From a virus (Duplodnaviria > Caudoviricetes): 33,134 bases of DNA. The notes beneath the pieces were generated by a model that saw nothing but the letters and a program-made list of their open reading frames with translations, was not told the origin of the DNA and did no database searches. The stretch is from positions 1 through 33,134 of IMG/VR virus record IMGVR_UViG_3300017913_000956. One strand, written 5' to 3'. Made by a program: the position numbers and the translations under genes. Shown one piece after another: positions 15,668 to 24,274 of the stretch (position 1 is its first letter; each line of letters opens with the position of its first letter).

Positions 15668-15891
15668 TGCCAGCACAGGCAGGACTTGGTAAATGGTTTG
15701 GCGAGAAGTGGGTTGACGTAAAGACTGGTGAACCCTGTGGCCGCAAGAAGGGCGAGAAGCGGGGATACCCAGCCTGTCGCCCTAAAGCTGTTGCTAGCAA
15801 GATTAGTAAGCAGGAAGCCAAGAAGAAAACTGGGAGAAAGCGTGTGAACTGGTCAACAACTGCTAGCGGCAAGAAGAGAAAGAAAGCGTGA
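15667..15891 (+). CDS. Small basic protein, DUF5872 C-terminal-half-like
   Basis: GLGKWFGEKWVDVKTGEPCGR...YPACRP. Confidence 0.7.
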   Translation: MPAQAGLGKWFGEKWVDVKTGEPCGRKKGEKRGYPACRPKAVASKISKQEAKKKTGRKRVNWSTTASGKKRKKA

Positions 15892-17489
15892 TGGCACAGA
15901 TTCCTCAAATGAGGTCTATAGGATTGCTGGACGATTTATCGCCAGAACAGCAAGCGCAGAGACAGCAAGATGTCTATATGGGATTGCTTCAAGCCCCCGC
16001 TTATGGCGCAATGATGATGCCGCTATCAGGCATTTATGAAACGACAGGGCAAATGCCAGACCCTGCCAATCCTTCCCAAAAATTACCATCCACTGCAGAA
16101 CTTATTCGCAGAGGAGACATAGAAGGGCTAGGCTATCAGGGTCTTGGTGTTCTCGGTGATGTTATGTATGCGGCTAGCCCAGTTGCACCGTTTTTAGCGC
16201 CTATGGCGGCAGGGCTGAAGGGGACTGCGGCAACATCCAGAGGGATTAGGGCGTATCATGGTTCGCCACACCATTTTGATAAATTCAAGTCATCTGCTAT
16301 AGGAACTGGCGAGGGGGCGCAGGCTTATGGTCATGGTTTGTACTTTAGTGACTCTGAAGGAATAGCAAAAAATTATAGGGATAATTTGGCGCAAAATACA
16401 TACACTCTTCCTAGTGGGCAGAAGCAACCTAATATGACTGTCGGTGATGGAGAAGTTCTACACAACTATTTTGATGATGAGTTAAATCATGCGATGTTCA
16501 CTAGGCCAGACAGAGGAAATGTAGATTTAACCAATAGGTATGCGGCAAAAAAATTAGGTTCAAATGATGGCGCTGGCATTAAATACAACCAGCAGTCTGA
16601 TGACACAAGAAGGAAAATAAGAGACAGTTTTTCAAGCGATATTTCTGCTGACATCGTGATAGCGTTGGATGAAGCTGGCGACCCTAAAGACGCTGTGGAA
16701 TTTTTACGTTCAGAGGCTGAAAGAATTTCAAACAACTATCCAGCTATTGGATATAATTCATTTGAAACCAATTTGGCTAGAGATATGAAATTGGAAGCGG
16801 CCAAGCAGTTGGAAAACTATGTCGAGTCTGGCCTTAAACGAGAAAAAGGCGCAATGTATGAGGTGAATATTGATGCCTCGCTTGATGAGCTTATAGATTA
16901 TGACAAGACATTAGGACAGCAATCTCCTGAAGTAAAAAAGTTTTTTGAAGATGCGGCTGATGAACTTAACGTAGATGATGCTATAAATCTGGGGTTTGAC
17001 CCTTTTGAGATGAAGGACGGTGACATTGAGAAGAAGGCTATAGAGCTAGCGAAAAAAAGGTTACTTGACCCAGATGGTTCTGTCGGCACTTTCTTAGGCA
17101 CTATGGCTTCACTTAGGGGAAGCGCTGATGCTGGGGAATCATTGTTGATGTCAAAAGGCGCAAAAGGAATTAAGTACGCTACAAATGACACGAGGGATAA
17201 GCAGTTTGAGATTCTTCTTGATGTGAGGGGTAAGCCTTATGGCACAGAACCAATTTTTGCCAGAGACATTAACCATGCAAAACAGATAGAAGAGGAATAC
17301 AAGGGGAAGGGTTTTGGCGTTGAGATTAAAGATGCACGGAAAAAAAATTACGTTGTTTTTGACGAGAACCTAATTGACATTATGCGGAAATACGGACTTC
17401 TAGCGCCTATGGTTGGTGGCGCAGGGGCTTATGGTTTGATGCAAGAGCCTGAACAGAGTAAGTCAGGGTTATTAGAACTAGAAGGATAG
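15888..17489 (+). CDS. Protein with an ART-PolyVal-like ADP-ribosyltransferase domain
   Basis: AYHGSPHHFDKF...IGTGEGAQAYGHGLYFS, GAMYEVNI, KGIKY and NYVVFD core motifs separated by long insertions. Confidence 0.75.
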   Translation: MMAQIPQMRSIGLLDDLSPEQQAQRQQDVYMGLLQAPAYGAMMMPLSGIYETTGQMPDPANPSQKLPSTAELIRRGDIEGLGYQGLGVLGDVMYAASPVAPFLAPMAAGLKGTAATSRGIRAYHGSPHHFDKFKSSAIGTGEGAQAYGHGLYFSDSEGIAKNYRDNLAQNTYTLPSGQKQPNMTVGDGEVLHNYFDDELNHAMFTRPDRGNVDLTNRYAAKKLGSNDGAGIKYNQQSDDTRRKIRDSFSSDISADIVIALDEAGDPKDAVEFLRSEAERISNNYPAIGYNSFETNLARDMKLEAAKQLENYVESGLKREKGAMYEVNIDASLDELIDYDKTLGQQSPEVKKFFEDAADELNVDDAINLGFDPFEMKDGDIEKKAIELAKKRLLDPDGSVGTFLGTMASLRGSADAGESLLMSKGAKGIKYATNDTRDKQFEILLDVRGKPYGTEPIFARDINHAKQIEEEYKGKGFGVEIKDARKKNYVVFDENLIDIMRKYGLLAPMVGGAGAYGLMQEPEQSKSGLLELEG

Positions 17490-17492
17490 AAC

Positions 17493-17681
17493 ATGCAAAC
17501 TTGTGAACATTGCCCATACCCCGCACGTTGTGAAATGCAACAGCGCTGTATTCGTAGCAAAATAAATGCTACACCTGTGGTATTACCAGAACCAATGCCT
17601 GTACCTGTCAAGACAAGTAACGGTATTGGCATGACAGGAAAGATTAAAGTCGGAAAGAAGGAAAAGAAAAATGCCAAATAA
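17493..17681 (+). CDS. Small Cys-rich protein (CxxC-x5-C-x5-C)
   Basis: CEHCPYPARCEMQQRC; AAGGA RBS. Confidence 0.6.
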   Translation: MQTCEHCPYPARCEMQQRCIRSKINATPVVLPEPMPVPVKTSNGIGMTGKIKVGKKEKKNAK

Positions 17682-17862
17682 ATATAAAGGCGGTATGCCA
17701 AAGCCTCGCCCTAATTACGGTGCAATGAAGCGTTCTGATGTGACCCCTGCTGATGTCAGCCGTGAGATGTCATCTGGTCAGGTAGCCCGAAAAACCCCAG
17801 CAACACCTCGCCCTCGTCCAGCTTACAGAGGCGTAACAGGGAACTTTGCGTCAGACAAATGA
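17671..17862 (+). CDS. Small basic Pro/Arg-rich protein
   Basis: 63 aa, PKPRP and PRPRP repeats; overlaps neighbours in operon fashion. Confidence 0.6.
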   Translation: MPNKYKGGMPKPRPNYGAMKRSDVTPADVSREMSSGQVARKTPATPRPRPAYRGVTGNFASDK

Positions 17863-18047
17863 ACGTAACTAGGGTAATGATGCGGCCTCGTCCTAAGAGG
17901 CGTAAGGTTGAGGAAGTAGCCGAAGATTTCAAGCGGTGCAGCGGTTGCGTTACCCGCAAGATGTGTGACCAAAAGCAGAAGTGTCTGCATGGCGCAAAGG
18001 CAAAGCCAAAAGGAAAGAAAAATGGCACAAATAGAAGAAATGGATGA
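17859..18047 (+). CDS. Small Cys-rich basic protein (CxxC-x5-C-x5-C)
   Basis: CSGCVTRKMCDQKQKC; ATGA overlap. Confidence 0.6.
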   Translation: MNVTRVMMRPRPKRRKVEEVAEDFKRCSGCVTRKMCDQKQKCLHGAKAKPKGKKNGTNRRNG

Positions 18048-20037
18048 GTATCAGCTAAACAGCATACTCACCTCTGAGATACGAGATAGCCTGAACCACT
18101 TTGATAGTGAGTACAGTCAGGAACGTATCCGTGCTATGGATTTCTACCTTGGCGAACCAATGGGCAATGAAGTCGAAGGACGTTCACAGGTAATCAGCAC
18201 AGAGGTGTCTGATACCATTGAGGCTATCATGCCCAACCTCATGCGTGTGTTTACCGCCAATGACCAGTATGTACGTTTTAACGCACGGACTGGTGAGGAT
18301 GTAGAACGTGCAGAACAGATTAGCGATTATGTGAACTATGTTATCAATCACGATAACGAAGGCTATAAGCTACTGTACAACTGGTTTAAAGATGCGCTTC
18401 TATTTAGACTAGGGGTTGTAAAGTATTATTACGATGAACAGGAATCAGTCACAGAGGAAGAATACGAAAACCTTAACGAGACTGAACTAGCCGCATTAAT
18501 GGCCAACCCTGATATGGAAATTATCGGGGTTGAAGAAGAAACTAGCGATGCATATGTAGCTGATGAAGAGACAGGCGAGATGATGCCAATCTCTAGTAGC
18601 TTCAACATCAAGGTTAAGGTTACAGAAAAGACTGGCAAGATACGCATTGAGAATGTACCGCCTGAAGAGTTCTTGGTAAACCGCAGGGCTACTTCATTAG
18701 AAGATGCACACTTTGTAGCGCACCGCACTGTGATGACAGTATCCGACTTGGTAGCTATGGGCTATGACAAGGATGTTGTCGAGAAGTATGCTGGTGCTAC
18801 TAGCCTAGACGTAGATGAAGAACGCACAAATCGTTTCCAAGACTTAGAGGCGAACACAGGCACTGATGCGGCAGACCCCGCATTGGCAGAGGTTGTGTAT
18901 TATGAATGCGTGATGAAGGTTGACTATGATGGTGACGGTATCGCTGAGATGAGGCGTATCTGTGCTATCGGTGAGGGCGGTGAAGAGGTGCTTCACAACG
19001 AACCTTACGACCACATACCATTCGCAGTTGTCAGCCCTATCCTAATGCCGCACCGTCTTATCGGACGTTCTATCTATGACATGACAGAGGACTTGCAGGT
19101 AATCAAGTCTACATTGTTGCGTCAATATCTTGACAGCGTATATACAAGCACACTGCCTCGCATGGGTGTTGTCGAGGGTATGGTCAATATTGATGATGTT
19201 CTGGACGGTACTGCTGGCGGTATTATTCGTATGCGTCAGGCTGGCATGATACAGCCGATTACTGGCACACCAGTTGGCGGTGAAGTGCGTCCATTGATGG
19301 ATTACATCGACCAGTTAAAAGAACAGCGCACAGGCATGTCTAAAGCCTCACAGGGGCTAGATGCTAATGCATTGCAGTCCACTACCGCATCAGCCATCAG
19401 CGCTACTGTACGAGGCGCACAGGTCAAGCTAGAGAGTTACGCAAGAACTATGGCAGAGACAGGTGTTAAGGCGCTGTTTAAGGGCATCTTGCATTTGGTT
19501 ACTAAGTATGACCAGAAGCCACGCATTGTAAGATTGCGTAATAACTTTGTGCCTATTGACCCTAGAGAGTGGCACAGCGAGTTTGATGTAGTTGTTCAAG
19601 TAGGATTAGGTACTGCTGACGATGAACAGAAGATTGCCTTCCTAACCCAGATTGCACAGAAACAGGAACAAATCCTGATGCAGTTAGGTGCGGGCAATCC
19701 TGTTGTTAGCATGTCGCAGTATGTGAATACACTGCGTAGTATTGCCGAGATTGGTGGGTTCAAGGATGCCGACCAGTTCTTTAACAGCCCACAGCAGATA
19801 CAGATGATGGAACAGCAACAGGCGCAACAGCCACAGCAGCAAGACCAAGCGGCTATGGCTGAGATGCAAGCTGAGATGGCCTTGAAGCGTGAACGCATGA
19901 TGCTAGAAATCGAACTAGAACGTGAGAAGATGCAAGCTGAACTAGAACTGCGTAGACAAGAACTAGCGGCAGAAGCAGAACTAAGAACAATCAAAGCCGT
20001 CACTGACGCTGAGATTTCAACTAACTTACCGAGGTAG
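18022..20037 (+). CDS. Portal protein (P22-like)
   Basis: EGRSQV, DALL..LGVVK, ENVPPEEF, G.SI.D...DLQ...S.L.RQ.LD, Q-rich coiled-coil end; located between terL and scaffold. Confidence 0.92.
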   Translation: MAQIEEMDEYQLNSILTSEIRDSLNHFDSEYSQERIRAMDFYLGEPMGNEVEGRSQVISTEVSDTIEAIMPNLMRVFTANDQYVRFNARTGEDVERAEQISDYVNYVINHDNEGYKLLYNWFKDALLFRLGVVKYYYDEQESVTEEEYENLNETELAALMANPDMEIIGVEEETSDAYVADEETGEMMPISSSFNIKVKVTEKTGKIRIENVPPEEFLVNRRATSLEDAHFVAHRTVMTVSDLVAMGYDKDVVEKYAGATSLDVDEERTNRFQDLEANTGTDAADPALAEVVYYECVMKVDYDGDGIAEMRRICAIGEGGEEVLHNEPYDHIPFAVVSPILMPHRLIGRSIYDMTEDLQVIKSTLLRQYLDSVYTSTLPRMGVVEGMVNIDDVLDGTAGGIIRMRQAGMIQPITGTPVGGEVRPLMDYIDQLKEQRTGMSKASQGLDANALQSTTASAISATVRGAQVKLESYARTMAETGVKALFKGILHLVTKYDQKPRIVRLRNNFVPIDPREWHSEFDVVVQVGLGTADDEQKIAFLTQIAQKQEQILMQLGAGNPVVSMSQYVNTLRSIAEIGGFKDADQFFNSPQQIQMMEQQQAQQPQQQDQAAMAEMQAEMALKRERMMLEIELEREKMQAELELRRQELAAEAELRTIKAVTDAEISTNLPR

Positions 20038-20039
20038 GA

Positions 20040-20327
20040 ATGAACGAGGGTAAAGCAAGGGAGAACATAGAGAGGGGCGAGAAGGCCGCATCTCTATTAA
20101 GAAACGAAATTCTGACTGAGGCGTTTGAAACACTTGAGGCAGATTTTATACAGGCATGGAAACACAGTCCTGTGAACGATACACAGAACCGTGAACGCTT
20201 GTATATGTTGTGTCAGAACTTATCAGCAGTACAAGCTTACATCGAGAAGGTTGTCACTGACGGTAAGCTGGCTAAGTCGCAACTAGAAGAGTTGCAAAAC
20301 CGTCAAAAATTTGAGAAAAGGATATAA
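20040..20327 (+). CDS. Conserved small head-module protein
   Basis: 95 aa between portal and scaffold; W...RERLY pattern. Confidence 0.75.
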   Translation: MNEGKARENIERGEKAASLLRNEILTEAFETLEADFIQAWKHSPVNDTQNRERLYMLCQNLSAVQAYIEKVVTDGKLAKSQLEELQNRQKFEKRI

Positions 20328-20330
20328 GTA

Positions 20331-21338
20331 ATGGCCAATAACTCACCTGAGACTGGCATTTCAATAAACCAAGCTATTGATAGCCTGTTAGCAACACCAC
20401 CCGAAATGGACACGGAAAGCGAAGGGCGGCAGGAGGCAGAAGCCACAGAGATTGTGGAAGAAGCCCCAACACTCGAAGCAGAGGCCGATACACAGGAAGC
20501 CGAAGAGGTTGAATATGTAGAGGATGATGAAGAGGGTGAGTATGAAGCGGAAGCTGAGTACGAAGAGGAATTTGAACAGCAACCTGAATACTACACTGTC
20601 AAGGTAGATGGTGAAGAGTTACAGGTCACGCAAGACGAACTCCTTAACGGGTATCAGCGTCAGCAAGCATACACTAAGCGTAGTCAAGAACTCGCTGAAC
20701 AACGTAAGGCGTTTGAACAGGAATCAGCGCAAGTTAGTCAGATGAGGGATGCTTACGCACAGCAACTTGAACAGTTGTCTCAACAGCTACAACAGGTCAA
20801 CTCACAAGCAGAACCTGATTGGGCTGAACTAGCAAAGCAACATTCTGCTGAAGAACTGATTGTTTATAAGGCGCAACTTGACCAACAAAAAGAATACGCA
20901 CGGCAAGTTGAAGCTGAGAAGCAAAAGGTTCAGCAAGAACAGGCGCAAGAACAGCAAAAGCTAATGCAACAGCATTTAGCACAGCAACGTGAGGAAATGC
21001 TAAATCGCATTCCTACATGGCAAGATGAGGATACTCGCAACCGTGAACGTCTTGAGGTAATCAAGTACGCACAGCGCAGAGGGTACTCAGAAGAAGAGTT
21101 AGCAAATGCGTCAGACGCAAGGGCTATCGAAATCTTGCACAAGGCTTGGCAGTGGGACAATCTTCAGCAGAAGAAACCCGATGCAAAAAAGAAAGTCAGA
21201 AAAGCGCCAAAGATGGCTAGGGCTGGTCAACCAAAGACAAAGAAGCAAGTTGCAAGTCGTCAACGACAGCAAGCAATGGGCAGACTGAACAAGGAACGGA
21301 CTGTTGATGCGGCTGTTGATTTCTTAATGGGTAGATAA
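20331..21338 (+). CDS. Capsid scaffolding protein
   Basis: Acidic N-terminus, YTVKVDGEE..VT..EL..GYQRQ..YTKRSQELAEQRK, basic C-terminus; precedes the capsid gene. Confidence 0.88.
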   Translation: MANNSPETGISINQAIDSLLATPPEMDTESEGRQEAEATEIVEEAPTLEAEADTQEAEEVEYVEDDEEGEYEAEAEYEEEFEQQPEYYTVKVDGEELQVTQDELLNGYQRQQAYTKRSQELAEQRKAFEQESAQVSQMRDAYAQQLEQLSQQLQQVNSQAEPDWAELAKQHSAEELIVYKAQLDQQKEYARQVEAEKQKVQQEQAQEQQKLMQQHLAQQREEMLNRIPTWQDEDTRNRERLEVIKYAQRRGYSEEELANASDARAIEILHKAWQWDNLQQKKPDAKKKVRKAPKMARAGQPKTKKQVASRQRQQAMGRLNKERTVDAAVDFLMGR

Positions 21339-21354
21339 TTAACAGGAGAACCTT

Positions 21355-22302
21355 ATGTCTACATTCACCACACAAACAGCTGTCGGAGAACGCGAACAGC
21401 TAGCAGATGTGATTTATCGCATCGACCCAGACGAAACACCAATCTTCTCTGCACTGAAGAAAGAAACCTCAAACGGTATCTTCACTGAGTGGCAGGTTCA
21501 GGAATTGGCAAGTGCGTCAAATTCAAACTTTGCAACAGAAGGTGCAGATGCCTCGATTGTAGCGCCTACGAGTACGGTTCGTCTTGGGAACTACCATCAG
21601 ATTTCAGTGAAAGCTGTGGCAGTGTCAAAGACACTTGATTCAGTTGACAAAGCTGGCCGTGACCGTGAGACACAGTACCAGAAGGTATTGAAATCATTGG
21701 AACTTCGCAGGGACATTGAAAAGTCAATCGGTGACACAGACCAAGCACAATCTGGTTCTGACCCTCGTAAGTCAGCATCACTAACCACTTGGATTACAAA
21801 TGGTTCACTTGGTGGTGGCGGTACTTTCTCAGCAGGTACTGGTACTGGTGTTGTTGGTGCAGGTACAGACCGTGCATTGACACTGGCACTGATTGAGGAC
21901 GGCATGCAGGATGCATGGACAGACGGTGGTAATCCACGCCTTATGATTGCATCAGCTACAAACCGTGCAAACTTCTCAGACCTGTCAGCTTCTGGCAATC
22001 TGGTGTCGAATGATGTGAACATGACTGCGGCTAAAGAAGTGGCATATGTCGGCTCAACCTCAGTATTTCTCACGGATTTCGGAACTTTGGATGTCGCGCC
22101 CTCAAGATTCCTTGGTAATGACCGCATCTTCTTGATTGACCCAGACTTTGCTTCACTGTGTACACTTAACGGTAGAAATTTCTCAGAAAACGAAATTGCA
22201 CCAACAGGTGACGCAGAGAAGTTCCAACTGGTGACTGAATGGAGTTTAAAGGTTTTAGCCCCGAAAGCGCATTCAATGATTCTTGATTTGGATGGTTCTT
22301 AA
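21355..22302 (+). CDS. Major capsid protein (SU10/DUF5309-like)
   Basis: REQLADVIYRIDPDETP, EWQ, EGADA, GNYHQI, ELRRDIE, TDFG; AGGAG RBS. Confidence 0.92.
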   Translation: MSTFTTQTAVGEREQLADVIYRIDPDETPIFSALKKETSNGIFTEWQVQELASASNSNFATEGADASIVAPTSTVRLGNYHQISVKAVAVSKTLDSVDKAGRDRETQYQKVLKSLELRRDIEKSIGDTDQAQSGSDPRKSASLTTWITNGSLGGGGTFSAGTGTGVVGAGTDRALTLALIEDGMQDAWTDGGNPRLMIASATNRANFSDLSASGNLVSNDVNMTAAKEVAYVGSTSVFLTDFGTLDVAPSRFLGNDRIFLIDPDFASLCTLNGRNFSENEIAPTGDAEKFQLVTEWSLKVLAPKAHSMILDLDGS

Positions 22303-22314
22303 TCAGAATAACAT

Positions 22315-22340
22315 TGAGGGGGCGGGAAACCGCCCCTTCA
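22315..22340 (+). terminator. GC-rich hairpin after the capsid gene (attenuator or mRNA stabiliser)
   Basis: TGAGGGGGCGG-GAAA-CCGCCCCTTCA; GNRA loop, no U-tract. Confidence 0.7.
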
Positions 22341-22356
22341 CCTATCGGAGTGAAAC

Positions 22357-22677
22357 ATGAAGAGATTACTGAAGGTAGACCCGAGAACTGGTGAAGAGAT
22401 GTATATGCACCAGAACCAAGACGGTACTACCAGCATTGAGAAGAAGCAGAACTTTGCAGGTCTGATGGAACTCAATAAGCAGATGAACAATGACTGGCAG
22501 TATGGCAATATGCGAGGCACACAGCGTCACATGGCGCATGTAGCGGAAATTCCAAATACAGTGTATAATGAACTTGTTGCAAAGTTTGGCAAGCCAGCAG
22601 ACAACCCTACTGCTTGGAAGAAGTGGCTGAATGATGGCGAGAATAGGGCATTTAGAACTGGTGGCGGTTATCTATGA
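22357..22677 (+). CDS. Conserved virion-module protein
   Basis: HVAEIP...KKWLND.ENRAFRT..G; follows the capsid gene. Confidence 0.8.
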   Translation: MKRLLKVDPRTGEEMYMHQNQDGTTSIEKKQNFAGLMELNKQMNNDWQYGNMRGTQRHMAHVAEIPNTVYNELVAKFGKPADNPTAWKKWLNDGENRAFRTGGGYL

Positions 22678-23315
22678 GTATCGGAAGCTATAACGACCTA
22701 AAGACATCAATCGCCAACTTCTTGGCACGAGATGACCTGACAAATCAGATACCTGATTTCATCACGCTTGCTGAAGCGAGGATGTCGAGAGAACTTGAAA
22801 CACGAGAACAAGAAAAGAGGGCTACGGCTACTCTAACAGCAGGCGATGAGTATATTGCGCTGCCTACTGATTTGCGTGAAGTCAGGGAAGTTAAGCTGAA
22901 CACTAGCCCAACTAAGGTACTTAGTTATTTCAGCCCCACAGGGCTTGATACGCAATATTCTAGTAATGGACAGGGTAAGCCTGAAGGTTACAGCGTAGTG
23001 GGCTTAGAAATGAAACTACGCCCTATTCCAGATAGCGCATACACTGCTGAGATTGTGTATATTGGTTCACTGCCATCACTTAGCACCTCAAGCACAACTA
23101 CACTGTTCTTGAGAAGCCCTGACCTGTATTTATACGGTAGCTTGGCAGAGGCTTACAGCTACTTATTAGATGAGGCTAGGGCTAATCAATATGATGCTAA
23201 GTTTACACGCATATTAGAGGAAATAAAGGTGGATGAACAGAGAAGCCATTACGGTACAGGTTCTCTGCAAATCAAATCAGCTTACTCACGACAAAATTCA
23301 ATAGCGGAGACTTAA
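22674..23315 (+). CDS. Head-tail adaptor protein
   Basis: Y.DLK..IA.FL.RDDLT.QIPDFI.LAE...PDLYLYGSL; gene position. Confidence 0.8.
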   Translation: MSIGSYNDLKTSIANFLARDDLTNQIPDFITLAEARMSRELETREQEKRATATLTAGDEYIALPTDLREVREVKLNTSPTKVLSYFSPTGLDTQYSSNGQGKPEGYSVVGLEMKLRPIPDSAYTAEIVYIGSLPSLSTSSTTTLFLRSPDLYLYGSLAEAYSYLLDEARANQYDAKFTRILEEIKVDEQRSHYGTGSLQIKSAYSRQNSIAET

Positions 23316-23316
23316 T

Positions 23317-23703
23317 ATGTCAGCAATGAGTGATTACCTTGAGAACAAGGTACTAGACCACATCTTAGGTACAACAGCCTACACAATGCCAACAACAGTT
23401 TATGTGGGCTTGTCCACAGCTTCATTTGCTGATGACAATAGCGGCACAGAACTTACAGGCAATGGTTATGCCAGAGTGAGTGCAACATTTAGTGCGGCAT
23501 CTGGTGGTACTACATCAAACAGCGCTGGCATTGAGTTTTCTGCCGCTACTGGTTCATGGGGTAGCGTGTCGCATTTCGGTGTGTTCGATGCTTCATCAGG
23601 TGGCAACTTACTTATTCACGGTGCATTTACAACCGCTAAGACAGTGGCATCAGGTGACATTCTGAAGATAGCAACAGGTGACTTAGACGTTACTGCCGCA
23701 TAG
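23317..23703 (+). CDS. Virion structural (tail-associated) protein
   Basis: MSDYLEN..LDH, GYAR, WG.VSHFG.FDA..GGNLL. Confidence 0.75.
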   Translation: MSAMSDYLENKVLDHILGTTAYTMPTTVYVGLSTASFADDNSGTELTGNGYARVSATFSAASGGTTSNSAGIEFSAATGSWGSVSHFGVFDASSGGNLLIHGAFTTAKTVASGDILKIATGDLDVTAA

Positions 23704-23710
23704 GTGATAA

Positions 23711-24274
23711 ATGGCTACCCTTAAAGAACTAGATAATTGGGGGGTGATGGACGCACTGGACACCTATGGGGTGTTAGACCAGTTAGACAACCTCACCCTT
23801 CACACTGCTAGTTCATCTGTAAACTTAGCTGTAACAACCCTCACAGAATTGCAGAGGGTTTTGCACTTTGCGGGTTCTATAACAGGCGCTGGTAGTGTAA
23901 CGGCTGTTATAACCAACATCAGACAAGTTGGTAGTTCTGTTAATCTGGCTGTGACTGTTACAAGTGATGGTACACTTGTCAGGCAAGTTAGTGCGGCTGT
24001 CAATACTAGCGTAAGCGCTACAGCCATTGCTAACTTTGTGTTGGCGGCAGAGGCTTCCGCAGATATTGAGATTACTGCATCATCTGATAATGGTGTGACG
24101 TTTGTTGTTTCTAGTGTTGCGGATATAGAAATGACAACGGATGTGATTGCCAAGATACTTGGTGAGGATTGGACTGACCAAGTTACTGGCACAGAGACAT
24201 GGACAAATCAGGCCGTAGGTTCTGAGATATGGACAATACAACCATCAGACAATGAAGGGTGGCTAGTACAGTGA
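23711..24274 (+). CDS. Ala/Ser/Thr/Val-rich structural protein
   Basis: Repeated SSVNLAVT; C-terminal WTxQ repeats. Confidence 0.7.
   Translation: MATLKELDNWGVMDALDTYGVLDQLDNLTLHTASSSVNLAVTTLTELQRVLHFAGSITGAGSVTAVITNIRQVGSSVNLAVTVTSDGTLVRQVSAAVNTSVSATAIANFVLAAEASADIEITASSDNGVTFVVSSVADIEMTTDVIAKILGEDWTDQVTGTETWTNQAVGSEIWTIQPSDNEGWLVQ

Noticed and set aside
19790-19860. CAG/CAA-rich stretch as a tandem repeat element
   Set aside because: Explained by the Gln-rich portal C-terminus
18429-22127. Long antisense ORFs within portal, scaffold and capsid genes (18429-18728, 19596-20003, 21597-22127) and similar shadow ORFs elsewhere
   Set aside because: Ser/Cys-rich mirror translations of biased sense codons, with no RBS or recognisable motifs
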